Counted from the first letter of the whole stretch, positions 52,363-63,840 are shown. The stretch is DNA of 63,925 nt, filler included, from an uncultured bacterium (GCA_964448115.1; 3 parts of 3 records of this genome joined end to end with filler, not necessarily neighbours in it), one strand, 5' to 3'. A program made the numbers and translations. Notes: generated by a model from the letters alone, not told the origin.

Positions 52363-52596
52363 TTGTTAAAGGAATTGGTAGAGGAAATCGTAAAGGCTAT
52401 CGTGGACAATCCTGATGAAGTCGAGGTTCACGAGTTGAAAGCAGAGCGTACATCTGTCATCGAGCTAAGAGTGGCTCCTAATGACATTGGCAAGGTCATC
52501 GGCAGATCTGGCAGAACAGCCACCGCGATCAGGCAGATCCTTACCGCTGCCGGAATGAAGATGGGAAAAAGATACGTGCTGGAGATCCTGGAGTAA
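52363..52596 (+). CDS. khpA: KH domain RNA-binding protein KhpA
   Basis: [34 protein letters not shown]. Confidence 0.92.
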   Translation: MLKELVEEIVKAIVDNPDEVEVHELKAERTSVIELRVAPNDIGKVIGRSGRTATAIRQILTAAGMKMGKRYVLEILE

Positions 52597-52653
52597 CCTT
52601 CAGTAACCGATCTTTTTCCTTGAAACCAAGAATCCAAGCTTTTTTCAACCCTT

Positions 52654-52690
52654 CCCGGCGCCCCACAAGGGGTGCCGGGTCGCCTTTTTT
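52654..52690 (+). terminator. Intrinsic terminator after khpA
   Basis: CCCGGCGCCCC-ACAA-GGGGTGCCGGG stem followed by a T run. Confidence 0.75.
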
Positions 52691-52783
52691 AAATTCTATG
52701 TCAACCAATACAAGCGATATAGGCGGTTGTAATTACAGCGGGTCATCTTTATATTACAAGAAAAATAAAAGGGAAGATGCTTA

Positions 52784-53512
52784 ATGGCAAAGTGCAAGAT
52801 ATGTAATCAAAAGAAGGCGAAAAGAGTATGTGTAATCAAGGATGAGAGCATGATCTGCCCAGTTTGTTGTGCAAAGATCAGAGAAAATGGAAAATGTCCA
52901 TCATCATGTCGGTACTATTCCGAGGCGATGAAATTCGAGGAAGTAAAACATGAGAAATACCAATATATGACCTCTGCAAAACTGCTGCCCAAGTTTATTG
53001 ATAACTTCGACAAGTACAATGCATTGCTTACCCATATCATAATCACACTTGGAGAAAGGATACACAACGACCCCTTCTATACTGATGAACATGTAATAAC
53101 CGGGCTAAAAAGAACTATTGCCGGTTATGATCCTAAGCTATTTTTGATCGAAAAGGAGAGACCTCTCAATCGCAGCGCATCCATTGAGGACAGCCTGAAA
53201 CAGGCAGTGCGGGACTACCAGGCACATGATCCAGAGGTTACAGAAGAGGATATATTGGTCTGTTTGTATGGATATTTAACCATCAAGACCTCGGAGGAAG
53301 CCTTGGAGCTAGAAATGGAGCAAGCACCAGGTAAAGTCGAGGAAACCCAAGAAAAGCCTAAGGTTGAAAATCCCATCATACAAAGTATCCGCGAGACATA
53401 CGAAGAAGTCTTGTCTGAACGGCAAGCCCAAGATGAGCACCAGCAAGGCGACCCGGACAAACCACCTGAGGCTGACGATCAAACAGGGGAAGGGAGGATA
53501 ATAATCCCCTAG
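52784..53512 (+). CDS. Hypothetical protein with N-terminal Cys-rich, putatively Zn-binding domain
   Basis: CKIC..KRVC..ICPVCC..CPSSCRY; acidic tail ending RIIIP. Confidence 0.75.
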   Translation: MAKCKICNQKKAKRVCVIKDESMICPVCCAKIRENGKCPSSCRYYSEAMKFEEVKHEKYQYMTSAKLLPKFIDNFDKYNALLTHIIITLGERIHNDPFYTDEHVITGLKRTIAGYDPKLFLIEKERPLNRSASIEDSLKQAVRDYQAHDPEVTEEDILVCLYGYLTIKTSEEALELEMEQAPGKVEETQEKPKVENPIIQSIRETYEEVLSERQAQDEHQQGDPDKPPEADDQTGEGRIIIP

Positions 53513-53642
53513 GAGGATCCTGGAGTTCTCGGATGCCCGCTCGCTCACGCTCACGGCTCTGTTTCCATTAACTAAAGCAGCAAACCATGTCAATCCCAAC
53601 AATCGAGTAAGCCTTGACCACTGATCACAAGCGGTAACGACT

Positions 53643-55787
53643 TTATCGATTGCGATAAAATGCACCCTCTATGGTGAATGAGTACACCTCGGTCGGCATA
53701 GTATTGCCGGCGTAGTCTGATGCATCTAGCGATACGGTTACGACCTGTTCGTAGTCAAAAGGCTCCGATGGGTTGTAGGATACTAGATACCCGTATTCGA
53801 TCGGTGAGAGGGTCGGGAAATGCTGTATGTCTTCGACCATGAAGATAATCGAGGCTGGATTGACACCGGAAACAAGATCGAGCAGCTCAAGTGAGATATC
53901 GGTATCCCTCGACACCCTTGTTTCATTGGCATCAGGAACCCTGTTTTGTACAAAGGGTGGATCGTAATCAACCGGCGTTGCAGTTGGCGTCAAGGTCGGC
54001 GTCTCTGTAGGTGTAGGGGTTACGGTCGCCGTGGTAGTCGGCGTTGTGGTGGGAGTAGTAGTCGGTGTCGCGGAGTGGGATGGATTGGGTGTCTGAGTCG
54101 GTGTCGGCGTCTCGGTAATAGTAGGGGTGGCGGTCGGAGTGCCTGTAATGGTCGGGGTTGCGGTCGGCGTGGGAGTGATGGTCGGCGGTCCCGACTCAAC
54201 GGTCAGGTATGGCCAGCGATGGCTGGCGAAACCATGGCGATTGAAAGCCTTTACTTCGAGCAGGTAGCTCGCCGGTGCACTTGCCCCTAACCATACGCAG
54301 AAATTGTACAACCCATCACCGCGCCCGTAATCACAGCCACTCCCGTCATCCATAAGATAGACACCAAGGTGCGTATTATCGACCAGCAGCTCAACGCTGG
54401 TGATATCATCCAAGCCGGTGTTATTTTGTACATAAGCGGCGATGTGAGCCATCCCGCCAGCAGCGGCGCTAAGGTCGCTTCCCATGTAGCCGGCTATCAT
54501 AACCTCTGGTGGGGCCGGCGGTTCCTCACGTTCAACGGTAAGCGTTTTTAGATGAAAGCAGGAATCCCTTATATCGCTCCATACAAAGTAAAACTTGGCT
54601 CCGTACCCACCTAAAGCGAGATCGAGCAGCCAGTCCTCGTGCCCGCCATCAATTACCCCCCCATCTGGAGGGAGCGGCACCAAGGACGCAGCGGACTGGA
54701 CATCGCTACCGTTTGTAACCATGTAATAGATCTTCTCCCAGATATGAAAGGTTAAACAGCCGGTTACATCATTGAAGACAATCTTAGGCTGGAAATCGCC
54801 CGGATAGCTCCTGTCCTCGTTGAAGTTGTCGCAGGTCCAGTCGCCGCTTAGACTGCGAGAATAGTAAACCCCTTTCAGCTCAGCATGGTTGGATACCCAA
54901 TCCATGGACATAAATACCAGGTGAGGATTATTGCTTCGGTCAACCGCTACATCCGGTGCCTCTGCATAACCATAAGCCAGGCAGGAGACCACGGGATCCT
55001 GCCAGACCCCGCCGATGCGAGCCCGGTAAACTATCTCGTTGAAGCCGGCTACGCTTCCGACCGTCTGCCACCATACCACATGTAGATCATCAGCGGAGTC
55101 AATGGCAATCTGGGGTCGCTTTGGCTTTATCGCGTCCGATGCTGAGATCACATAATCATCGGAGCCATCCTCTGGGTGCCATCCGGTAGCATCTTTATAC
55201 CGCATCACCGTGCGCAGTTGATCTGCCGGCGCCTCGCTGTACTGCTCCTCGGCAACAACATATACCACATCCCTTGAATCGATGGCGATATCAGCCCAGC
55301 TTACCCAGTTGAGCGGTCCGCGGATGATGACCTCGTTCTCCGGCTGCCAGGCTCCGCCGGAGATGAAATTATAATAAATAGGTCCCACTGCATATCCAGG
55401 ACCGTCTGGCGCCCAGACTATGTGCGCGCTATTTTGGCTATCAGTGTAAACCTCTGGATGCCCGAAGGCATACATTGCAGTCGGATCCCCGGGCAAGACC
55501 TCAGGCAGCGAGGTATCATAAAGCGGCTCGCTAACCCCATCCCATGTAGAGGTCAGGTACTTGCGGTAACGAACGCGACTCAAAGCATCCAGCCAGACCA
55601 GGTGCATGTCCCCTGCCTTATCCAACCATATATCCGGCTGCTTATCGCCTATATAAAGGTTGAATTCCTCTCCCCATGTCTGCTGTTGAGCAAAACAATC
55701 AACCGGCAAACAAACAACTCCAAGTAGAAAAAACATAGCAATCATCAAAAAATGCAGCTCAAGACCCGATGACCTCATCACAACCAC
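53643..55787 (-). CDS. Secreted protein: BNR-like propeller region, internal PYL domain, Pro/Thr linker, C-terminal Big_5-like Ig domain
   Basis: Signal peptide; repeated P.IAIDS..LHVVW; AGYMGS..DDG..WPYLTV; DPPFV..P..VSRDT.I..D..SGV. Confidence 0.8.
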   Translation of the reverse strand: MVVMRSSGLELHFLMIAMFFLLGVVCLPVDCFAQQQTWGEEFNLYIGDKQPDIWLDKAGDMHLVWLDALSRVRYRKYLTSTWDGVSEPLYDTSLPEVLPGDPTAMYAFGHPEVYTDSQNSAHIVWAPDGPGYAVGPIYYNFISGGAWQPENEVIIRGPLNWVSWADIAIDSRDVVYVVAEEQYSEAPADQLRTVMRYKDATGWHPEDGSDDYVISASDAIKPKRPQIAIDSADDLHVVWWQTVGSVAGFNEIVYRARIGGVWQDPVVSCLAYGYAEAPDVAVDRSNNPHLVFMSMDWVSNHAELKGVYYSRSLSGDWTCDNFNEDRSYPGDFQPKIVFNDVTGCLTFHIWEKIYYMVTNGSDVQSAASLVPLPPDGGVIDGGHEDWLLDLALGGYGAKFYFVWSDIRDSCFHLKTLTVEREEPPAPPEVMIAGYMGSDLSAAAGGMAHIAAYVQNNTGLDDITSVELLVDNTHLGVYLMDDGSGCDYGRGDGLYNFCVWLGASAPASYLLEVKAFNRHGFASHRWPYLTVESGPPTITPTPTATPTITGTPTATPTITETPTPTQTPNPSHSATPTTTPTTTPTTTATVTPTPTETPTLTPTATPVDYDPPFVQNRVPDANETRVSRDTDISLELLDLVSGVNPASIIFMVEDIQHFPTLSPIEYGYLVSYNPSEPFDYEQVVTVSLDASDYAGNTMPTEVYSFTIEGAFYRNR

Positions 55788-55892
55788 CTTTATATAAGGT
55801 CAGTATTATGCATCCTGCCACACGACAGAATACTACTCCCTAGCCCCCTCCCATTAAAAGAAGAAATACTATGTTATCCCTGGTAATCCTGT

Positions 55893-58800
55893 TTATTCCT
55901 TGCACTCCAAGTATGGCCAGACCGAGATGTTATTCTCGTAGTCATAAGCGTGGATGGTGAGCGGATATATTCCGACTGGCGCTCCGCCTCCCACTCCAGT
56001 GGCAAACATGTAAAGCCTATCGCCAGCGTTGAAGTCTCCCTGGGTGCCATCATCGACCAGCGAAAGCCCGGTGGGGAACCCCTGGTAGTAAACATCGGCT
56101 CGTCGAAGATCCTCATCCGGTATGTAAGCACAGAGCACGAACCTGCCACCGTAGGTCGAGGTTACATCGGTATCCCAGTATCCACCGACCATGATGTAAG
56201 GAGCGATGCGATCCTTGGGGGTGGCTGTCGGCGTAGGGGTTGCATTCGGATCCGGAGTGTTGGTTGGAGTTGGGGTCGGGGTGGCATTGGGATCTGGAGT
56301 ATCGGTGGGCAATGGGGTCGGAGTTTGGGTTGGAGTCGGAGTCGGAGTTACTGTCGGGGTCGGCGATGGCGTAGGCTCTGGAATGCTGAAGGTATATCTA
56401 TCCGAGACGGTGCGGTTATAGGACTTATCGAACGCCTCGATGCGATACACGATCATGCTCTCCCCCGGCTGATCCTGTAACCTGCCTTGATAGTGATCGC
56501 ACTGCACCCGTGCCATATCCTTCTTGATCTGCACCATCTGCCCGTCATGATACCTCTCGAATAGCAGGTGCAGCTCGCCGAGTGCGACATCATCGTAAAC
56601 CGGGTTGGCATCGAATATGAAGCGGGGCAGCCACTCGGTATCTCCAACAGGTCCTTGCACTTCTTCTATCACCGGTGGCGAGGTATCGGCCGGCGCAGTA
56701 GTGAAGTAGAGCACACCGTAAGGTCCATCTCCCTCCTCAAATGGAGTGCCATAGATGTCTGATAGCAGCATTGCATGGAGGATATAAAGCTGATCGTTAG
56801 CCGAGTCGGTTACATAAAGCAGTCCCGCTGGATGCAGGCTCATCTCGGTCGGATTGGGTACCGTGGTAGGAGCGGAGGCGACCAGTACGCTTGCATTGTT
56901 CACATCGAGCACAAAGAACTTACCGGCAGGCTGGTTTATTGCAAATAGCCTGTCATTCACCGCATCGAGTAGCAGTCGGCTCACATAACCGCCAAGGAAC
57001 GACCTGCCGAGCAGCTCGAAGGTATCCGGCGAGTTTATAGTGCCCAGAGCGGTAACCGAGCCGTTGCTCTCATCGGTGATGTAAAGGATATCCTTCTCCG
57101 GGTTGTAGAGGATCTTGTCCGGATTGATGATATCGTATCCGGCAAGGTCGATCGTCTTAATAAAGGCTGGCTTGACCGGCGATGAATCGAAGATCTTCAC
57201 GCTGCCATTACCCTGGTCGGTTACATAGATGAGCCTCTTGTAGGGATCGATGGCTAGATCCTTGGGAGCTGACAGGCTCTGGCTGGTGTAATCCACCAGT
57301 GCGGGCAATGTGGTATTTATATCCAGGACATCGATCGAGCCCCTGGTGCGGTTCAAGGCATACCCGAAGTCTCTGATATAATTGAAGATTATCTCTTCGT
57401 AGCTGCTAGCTTCGGGCACTACCGGCGCCTCGTTGATCAGCGCTATCTCAGGATGGATGTTAAACACGGCAATACCGCCGGGGCCACCGGACCCATCGCA
57501 GACCACATATAGTTGATAGTTCTTGCGGTTGTAGAAGATCCCCTTGGGTAGCGTATTAGCGCCTGTCGTGTATGTCCCCGGCTCGGTCGGTTCCATGGTG
57601 AATGCCTTATATATATTGATCTGCGACTGGTTGTAATTGGATACTGCTACATAGTTATTCACCGGTGCAGTTTCCTCCTCGTCGGCGCTAGCTAATAGCA
57701 CAGAAGAGGTCATCGGCGGTATCTCAAGCTCCCCATCCAGCCACAAATACAAGGTTAGGTAATCCCCCTGACCGCCGTTGAGCAAGGCACCCTGGATGAC
57801 CGGGGTCAAGCCCCAGAACTCGACATTGCTAAGCTCATCGAGCAGCGGATTTATCAACTCGGTCAGGTTGAAAAAGCCACCGGCGAAGTAAAGCAGCGCC
57901 CGCAGACCCATTATCAATTCCTCCTGGGTGGTATGTTCCAGCACTCCCATATCGCTGAAGTAGGCATCGACTATAGGTTGACCGGTTTCGGGATCCTTGA
58001 GGAAGTCAGCCTTGATCTCGAACTTATTGGTGGTCATGTTCCAGTCCGGCTCGATCTGCAGGGTGATATCGACTGCTGCCGAGAAGGCTTTGACCGCGGT
58101 TCCTTCATCGACCACATTGAAAGTAAGCTCCAGGGCATCGGTGCTTATGAGGAGTCCATCTTCTTGACTCATGTAAGCCTTTGGACTCTCAATCGGATAT
58201 AGGTCTATGGTTACCGGCGATGCGGATGGGAAGTGTTCCAGAAGCTCGGGGACAAGAATGGCTATAAGCCCGGCAGTCAACCTGATCGGGATATCATCCG
58301 GAAGGATACAATTATCGACTGTCATCTGCAAAAACTCGGTCTTAGCTGCAAGAAGTAGTATCTCGTTGAGCAGATCATCCGATAATGAAAAGGCAGCATG
58401 GTATTGACGCTCGGTACCCGGCACCTGCAAGCCATAGGGGGGCAAGATATTGGGCAGCGTCCTGTCGAATGGCAGCGCAACCGTTGCAAGCAGAGGATAA
58501 AGCCCGGCTTCCAATGCCAGGTAGTATCCGTTGCTGTCTGCCACCTCAGTATCGATGTGAGAGCTCTGGAAGCACGGAGATGAAGCCAATGCCTCGGCAA
58601 GCAGGTCCATCACATCGAACAGCGGTTCACCATTGAATATAGCCCCGATTTCCTCCTCGATTGCAGCAGCAGCATATTCCTGTATCAAGCCGGGGAAGAC
58701 TGTATCGATTAAAAACTCAATAATGCTTCCAACTAGTCCGCTGAAATTGGCATCTATATCGGTAATGGTCGTCTCCATATCCTGTGCCTCAAGCCCGAAC

Positions 58801-59255
58801 TTGAAGTCATCGAAGCCAGGTTTTAATATACTAGTGAACTCACAATGCGCCTGTACATCACCCGGATAGGTGCCTAGAAAATAGACAGTCATATCGATCT
58901 TGATGCGTGGGATGATGACCTTAATCCTAAGATCATCCGGTGGTATCGCCTCCAGGAAACCATAAGGCTCGCCGCCGTGATTAAGGTGAACCTTGTCGAT
59001 AATGACATAAGAGCCTAGAATGAGATCTATCCTCATCCCTTCGATCTCGCTGATGTCGAAATTAGAGATAATGGGACCGATAGCCTGCGAGAACTTATCC
59101 AAAAGCAGGTTATTCATATCCAGCCCCAAAGAGCGGGGAATCTTGTAAGCCGCCGGAACCGGCCTGGCGGCATCGGTGTGGGTATAAGCACCCAAAAGCG
59201 AAATGCCTAAGATAACCATAAAGGCTAGTCTGAGTTTGTTTTTCATCATATCCAC
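55893..59255 (-). CDS. Secreted protein: BPI/LBP-like region, YncE/YVTN-like beta-propeller, Pro/Thr linker, C-terminal PYL domain
   Basis: Signal peptide; [46 protein letters not shown] repeats; ends WPYLECKE. Confidence 0.8.
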   Translation of the reverse strand: MDMMKNKLRLAFMVILGISLLGAYTHTDAARPVPAAYKIPRSLGLDMNNLLLDKFSQAIGPIISNFDISEIEGMRIDLILGSYVIIDKVHLNHGGEPYGFLEAIPPDDLRIKVIIPRIKIDMTVYFLGTYPGDVQAHCEFTSILKPGFDDFKFGLEAQDMETTITDIDANFSGLVGSIIEFLIDTVFPGLIQEYAAAAIEEEIGAIFNGEPLFDVMDLLAEALASSPCFQSSHIDTEVADSNGYYLALEAGLYPLLATVALPFDRTLPNILPPYGLQVPGTERQYHAAFSLSDDLLNEILLLAAKTEFLQMTVDNCILPDDIPIRLTAGLIAILVPELLEHFPSASPVTIDLYPIESPKAYMSQEDGLLISTDALELTFNVVDEGTAVKAFSAAVDITLQIEPDWNMTTNKFEIKADFLKDPETGQPIVDAYFSDMGVLEHTTQEELIMGLRALLYFAGGFFNLTELINPLLDELSNVEFWGLTPVIQGALLNGGQGDYLTLYLWLDGELEIPPMTSSVLLASADEEETAPVNNYVAVSNYNQSQINIYKAFTMEPTEPGTYTTGANTLPKGIFYNRKNYQLYVVCDGSGGPGGIAVFNIHPEIALINEAPVVPEASSYEEIIFNYIRDFGYALNRTRGSIDVLDINTTLPALVDYTSQSLSAPKDLAIDPYKRLIYVTDQGNGSVKIFDSSPVKPAFIKTIDLAGYDIINPDKILYNPEKDILYITDESNGSVTALGTINSPDTFELLGRSFLGGYVSRLLLDAVNDRLFAINQPAGKFFVLDVNNASVLVASAPTTVPNPTEMSLHPAGLLYVTDSANDQLYILHAMLLSDIYGTPFEEGDGPYGVLYFTTAPADTSPPVIEEVQGPVGDTEWLPRFIFDANPVYDDVALGELHLLFERYHDGQMVQIKKDMARVQCDHYQGRLQDQPGESMIVYRIEAFDKSYNRTVSDRYTFSIPEPTPSPTPTVTPTPTPTQTPTPLPTDTPDPNATPTPTPTNTPDPNATPTPTATPKDRIAPYIMVGGYWDTDVTSTYGGRFVLCAYIPDEDLRRADVYYQGFPTGLSLVDDGTQGDFNAGDRLYMFATGVGGGAPVGIYPLTIHAYDYENNISVWPYLECKE

Positions 59256-59394
59256 CTCGTGATATCTTTGTTTACCTCAACAATAACATCCATGTATTCG
59301 ACCCTTCATGATCGGTTGATACACCAATCAAAAGTTCCATCCTTGTCTTATTATGATACTTTTATTTTAGTAAATCAAGTATCCAGAACCCAAC

Positions 59395-59447
59395 CTGTGA
59401 TTCAGACAGTAAATGCGTCATAAGTGGTTGATAATGACCAAGAGTCT
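59395..59447. mobile_element. Insertion sequence end (terminal inverted repeat 59395-59412) preceded by the 8-bp target duplication AACCCAAC (59387-59394)
   Basis: 18-bp perfect inverted match to 34-51; the contig ends 53 bp into the element. Confidence 0.8.
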
Positions 59448-59547
59448 NNNNNNNNNNNNNNNNNNNNNNNNNNNNNNNNNNNNNNNNNNNNTTAATTAAT
59501 TAANNNNNNNNNNNNNNNNNNNNNNNNNNNNNNNNNNNNNNNNNNNN
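59448..59547. other. Artificial contig spacer
   Basis: 44 N + TTAATTAATTAA + 44 N. Confidence 0.97.
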
Positions 59548-59654
59548 TTGAGACCTGCAAATTCCTAAGTTATTTGACCCTGATGAGGATAGTGGACTAA
59601 AGGTTATTGAGTCTCTCGGTTGGGAAGCTAGGGCTTATCTCGAAAGATTCTCCA

Positions 59655-59738
59655 TGCCGAAGGAGGGACTCGAACCCTCACGAGCTTGCGCTCACTAGAC
59701 CCTGAACCTAGCGCGTCTGCCAGTTCCGCCACTTCGGC
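59655..59738 (-). tRNA. tRNA-Leu(CAG), CCA not encoded
   Basis: GCCGAAG acceptor stem, TGGCAGACGC D-loop, CTAGG-TTCAGGG-TCTAG anticodon arm, long variable arm, GGTTCGAGTCC T-arm. Confidence 0.95.
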
Positions 59739-59780
59739 TCCGGAATTGCTAATATCCCACCTAACCTACAAGGTTCTAAT

Positions 59781-59809
59781 AAGATACCAATCACAGGAAA
59801 AAAAGTCAA
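59781..59809 (-). promoter_or_regulatory. sigma70-type promoter for tRNA-Leu
   Basis: Minus strand TTGACT-17 nt-TATCTT. Confidence 0.55.
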
Positions 59810-59848
59810 GATAGTTATAGTTGGAGCGATTGATCGTTTATGCATATT

Positions 59849-60400
59849 TCATAAGCATCTTCTTATCTCGAGCACAATCTTGTCAAGTTTCTTGTACCAT
59901 TGGCTAGAGATAAGCCTTATGAGCGGTTTTTTCAAGAACCTGTGTAGCGGAATAGTCGTATTAACCGCTGTTTTGCATTCCTTAATGGTCTCCATGCTAA
60001 GAATAAGCCCACCTCCTTGAGACATAGTTGCCCTAATCGGAAACAAGTGGCAAGAAAGCGGTTTTGGCATAGGAAATAGACCCTTGTAGTATAGCATCTC
60101 CATTAGACATTTATGAATGCCACGCTCAACAAAGGAGAAAACACACGGTCCTCTCGCACCATACATTGCTATATGGATCTCGGAATCAAGCGTATAGAAC
60201 CATCTATCATTCAGGATCGGATAATATTGATGTTCCTGGAATAGTCTCAGGTTATCCTGGATTAGCTTAAGTTCGCTTTCAATAACAGTACATCCATCAT
60301 CTCCAGAAACACAGCACATCCCTTGGCATAATTCTAGTGGACATGAGAAATTAGTGGTAGCGATAGCTCCCTCGACAAGAACATTATCCACATAGAACAT
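59849..60400 (-). CDS. DUF3109 family protein (Cys-rich)
   Basis: FSCPLELCQGMCCVSGDDG, CVF, KPLSCHLFPIR, PLIR..WY; ATG at 60400 preferred. Confidence 0.8.
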   Translation of the reverse strand: MFYVDNVLVEGAIATTNFSCPLELCQGMCCVSGDDGCTVIESELKLIQDNLRLFQEHQYYPILNDRWFYTLDSEIHIAMYGARGPCVFSFVERGIHKCLMEMLYYKGLFPMPKPLSCHLFPIRATMSQGGGLILSMETIKECKTAVNTTIPLHRFLKKPLIRLISSQWYKKLDKIVLEIRRCL

Positions 60401-60565
60401 AGTTCCTTTGAGGATATAAACCTTCCATCTTGCAGTCAAATAGAATTGAAAAAAGTAAATTAAAACTCTCCACTTCAGGGCGCAATAAATATTCTACATT
60501 GACATAAGCTGAAAAATGATATTGTTATAATAAGATATATCGTTTCTAACAAGGGAAATCAATAG

Positions 60566-61624
60566 ATGAGTGAAGATACAAGCAAAGAGACCATGGAATC
60601 GGTGCCATGCAACCTATGCGGGTCTTGGGATCACAAGTTGCTTTATCAGACCAAGGACTTCATGATGCGGGGCAAGGAGCTGTTTAATGTAGTTAAGTGC
60701 CGCCGGTGCGATCTAGTCTTTATCAATCCACGCCCCACCCAACAGATCATTGGTAGATATTACCCACAGGATATGTACTGGCTCGGCGAGACTGAACGGG
60801 TAGATGACCGTAATGGATGCGATCTGCTCGAAGACCCTAAGATTGGCAAGGTGATCAAGAAAAACTACGGTCCCATGTATAAAATCATCAAGCGCCTAAT
60901 GCCAAGGCCGGGGAGGATGCTCGATGTCGGGTGCGGCATCGGGTGGTTCGTCTCATATTTGAAGCAGATCGGCTGGGATGTTTACGGGGTCGATATATCA
61001 GATGAAGCCCTCGAATACTCAAAGAGGGTATTTGGCATCAAGACTAAGCTTGGCGATATCGTCAATGTGGAGTACCCGGAGAAGCACTTCGACCTTATCA
61101 CCATGATCGGCGTATTGGAGCACCTTCCCGATCCCAAGGCTGCGCTACGAAATATACATAAATACCTCAAGGATGATGGCAGACTTATCATAGTTACCCA
61201 GAACATTGAGGGCTTAGGGGCAAAAATCTTCGGTAAATACTGGAACGGCATCGATGCCCCGCGCCACCTTTATGACTTTTCACCCAGGACGCTGGAGGCG
61301 ATGTTGCAGGCGACCGGCTTTGCATCGACCAGAACAGGCTTCTTCTACGAGATACCCAGTACTTACACCTTTGCAGACAGCATCGTTTATGCCACTAGGG
61401 AGTTTCGTCGGCGAATGCGAGGTAAATCGGATGAAGCCGAGCCTTTTCAGTATGTGATCAGGGAAAACGGTTCCTCGCAGAGACAAGAGATAAGCCAACC
61501 GAAGCTCTTCTCGATGAAGGTAGCCCTACACAAAGCACTTTTAAAATTGAGCCTACCGGTAACATACCTGGCTGGTCTAATAAAATATGGCGAGATAATC
61601 TGCGCCGAGGCAGCAAAAAACTAG
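60566..61624 (+). CDS. Class I SAM-dependent methyltransferase with N-terminal Zn-ribbon
   Basis: CNLCG..CRRCDL; LDVGCGIG; VLEHLPDP; PRHLYDFS. Confidence 0.88.
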   Translation: MSEDTSKETMESVPCNLCGSWDHKLLYQTKDFMMRGKELFNVVKCRRCDLVFINPRPTQQIIGRYYPQDMYWLGETERVDDRNGCDLLEDPKIGKVIKKNYGPMYKIIKRLMPRPGRMLDVGCGIGWFVSYLKQIGWDVYGVDISDEALEYSKRVFGIKTKLGDIVNVEYPEKHFDLITMIGVLEHLPDPKAALRNIHKYLKDDGRLIIVTQNIEGLGAKIFGKYWNGIDAPRHLYDFSPRTLEAMLQATGFASTRTGFFYEIPSTYTFADSIVYATREFRRRMRGKSDEAEPFQYVIRENGSSQRQEISQPKLFSMKVALHKALLKLSLPVTYLAGLIKYGEIICAEAAKN

Positions 61625-61702
61625 AAACTAGCCCACCTAACGGCGCAAAGGACGCAAAATAGGAACGAGAAACGAGGCAACGAGAGACGAGCTAAGCGGA
61701 TA

Positions 61703-63016
61703 CTAGAGCTTGAAGAGCCTTCTCACCGCATCGAGCAATTGCGGCGCATCCCTGGTCTTCATGCTCCCCTTGATCTCGGTTATGGGCAGATGGACGATCT
61801 TGTTTGTCAGGCGATTTATAGTCTTTTCGATTCTTTGCTTGTCCTTTTCATCCAGGTGGGAGAGGGATCTGTCAAGCGATTTTAGTTCCATCTCCTTAAG
61901 CTGATTTATCTTATTAACCAGCTCGGCGATGACCGGATCCGCCCTTAGAGTAAGCAGCCAATTATGGAACTTGTGAACCTCCTGCTCGATGATCTTCATA
62001 CCCTTTTCAGCTTCTTTATCCCTGGCAGCGCGGTTTCGGTCAACGATCACGGTCAGGTCATCTATATCATAAAGGTAAACATTGTCGATCCTGTTCACCT
62101 TTGGCTCAACATCCCTGGGCACTGCCAGATCGATTATGAACATTGGTCTATGACGCCTCGCCCTCATCGCCTGCTGGATGTGTTCTCGCTTGATTATCGG
62201 CTTTGTTATCGAGGCGGTTGAGGTGATGATGATATCCGCATGGGGAAGCTGGTGGGTGAAATGCTTCCATTCTAGTGGTTCTCCATTGAACTTCGATGCT
62301 GCCTCCTGTGCTCTCTGCAGGGTTCTGCTGACCACCTTTATCCTCTTTATCCCTGCTTGTCTGAGATACTGTGCAGCGAGGACACTCATCTCCCCGGTTC
62401 CGACCAGAAGCGCACTGTATTTATCGAGGTTACCGAATATCTCCTTAGCTAGTTCTACTGCCGCATAGGGAGCTGATACCGGCAAACGGGATATGCCGGT
62501 CTCAGAGCGCACCCTCTTGGCTGCCTTAAATGCTCTTGTAGCTGCTTGATCGAGCAAGAATCCAGCGCATCTTATGCGAGAGGCTTTTACCCAGGCTTGT
62601 TTAACCTGTGCGGTTATCTGCGGTTCGCCCACTATCATGCTATCCAGGCTTGATGCGACCAGGAAAAGATGCCGGATGGCCGCGAATCCGCGGTGAGAGT
62701 AAAACAGGTCTTGGATATTTTCGTAATTTATATTTTTATATTCTACAAGATGCTTAAGCGCTTGCGAGATGGCAGTTTCAATATCATCACTAGCTAGATA
62801 TATTTCGGTGCGGTTGCAGGTACATAAAAGGACCACCTCCTGTACAGCAGGCAAGCCAGCCAGTTCAGCCAGAACCTTGGGAAACTCATCGAGATTGAAG
62901 CTGAGTAGTTCCCTGATCTCCACCGGCGCTGTCTTATGGCTCAAGCCTACCATTCCAAGCTCCCAATCGCCTTTTTTAGAGCTTAAGTTATTAGTATTTT
63001 CCTCAGAGGGACTCAT
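61703..63016 (-). CDS. hemA: Glutamyl-tRNA reductase
   Basis: GLSHKTAPVEIRE, TCNRTE, SLDSMIVGEPQI, DLAVPRDV. Confidence 0.96.
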   Translation of the reverse strand: MSPSEENTNNLSSKKGDWELGMVGLSHKTAPVEIRELLSFNLDEFPKVLAELAGLPAVQEVVLLCTCNRTEIYLASDDIETAISQALKHLVEYKNINYENIQDLFYSHRGFAAIRHLFLVASSLDSMIVGEPQITAQVKQAWVKASRIRCAGFLLDQAATRAFKAAKRVRSETGISRLPVSAPYAAVELAKEIFGNLDKYSALLVGTGEMSVLAAQYLRQAGIKRIKVVSRTLQRAQEAASKFNGEPLEWKHFTHQLPHADIIITSTASITKPIIKREHIQQAMRARRHRPMFIIDLAVPRDVEPKVNRIDNVYLYDIDDLTVIVDRNRAARDKEAEKGMKIIEQEVHKFHNWLLTLRADPVIAELVNKINQLKEMELKSLDRSLSHLDEKDKQRIEKTINRLTNKIVHLPITEIKGSMKTRDAPQLLDAVRRLFKL

Positions 63017-63840
63017 CTTATGTTGGTTTGAAAGGAATGCTGGGTTCCCAAAAAGCTTATCAAAATGACTATAAAGCCTATGATGGCGAGTATTGCTCCC
63101 TTCTTGCCCTTCCAGCCTAAAAACCTCCTGGAAAAGAGCAATAAGGCATAGATAAACAGATTCACCAGAGCCAGCCCTTCCTTATCCACAAAGGAGAAGG
63201 TGGCTTTAGCCCAGTTGAAGCTCTTTAACCATAATACAGCACCGAAGAATAAGCCGCCGGCAAACAATGGAAACCCGACCGCCAATACACGAGAGCTGAA
63301 GCGATCCAACGATTCGAGTGAAGGGATGTTATGGAAAATGCGAATACCCTTCTTGTTTTTTATCTGATAGTTCTGTAGCAAGAATAAGATGCTCGATGAA
63401 AAGGCGAATATGAATGCCAGATCCCCCAAAAAGACCAACGAAAGATGCATCCCCAACCAAAGGCTCATGAAACGAGGCTGCAAGGGAGCAGTCTGTCTGC
63501 ACAAGAAAATGGCAGCCAGAAGCACTAAAAATATTACCGGCACTATAAAGGATCCCAATCCCCTAAGCTCTGTTTTTAGCCTTACGACAAGGAATACAAC
63601 CGCCAGGCTCAAAGAGAAGAGTATGAAAAAAACGCTGGTATAGGCATCCTTGAGATCCTTGTCCCCCAGAAACATCAGAATAATCCCCAATATATGAAGA
63701 CCTACGCCAATGATTAGTGTATATATTGCTAGCGTCTTTTGCTTGGCTTGTTTGGATAACAGGGTGATCCAGAAATACAATGCGCTAACCAGGTAAACTG
63801 CTAGCGCTAAAACCAGCATCAACTCTGCTGCTTGAGTCAT
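63013..63840 (-). CDS. Cytochrome c assembly family membrane protein (CcsA/HemX-like); the frame is open to the window edge, so the start is uncertain
   Basis: ~8 TM helices, WLGMH, IPSLESLD, GWKGKK; directly upstream of hemA. Confidence 0.8.
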   Translation of the reverse strand: MTQAAELMLVLALAVYLVSALYFWITLLSKQAKQKTLAIYTLIIGVGLHILGIILMFLGDKDLKDAYTSVFFILFSLSLAVVFLVVRLKTELRGLGSFIVPVIFLVLLAAIFLCRQTAPLQPRFMSLWLGMHLSLVFLGDLAFIFAFSSSILFLLQNYQIKNKKGIRIFHNIPSLESLDRFSSRVLAVGFPLFAGGLFFGAVLWLKSFNWAKATFSFVDKEGLALVNLFIYALLLFSRRFLGWKGKKGAILAIIGFIVILISFLGTQHSFQTNIR

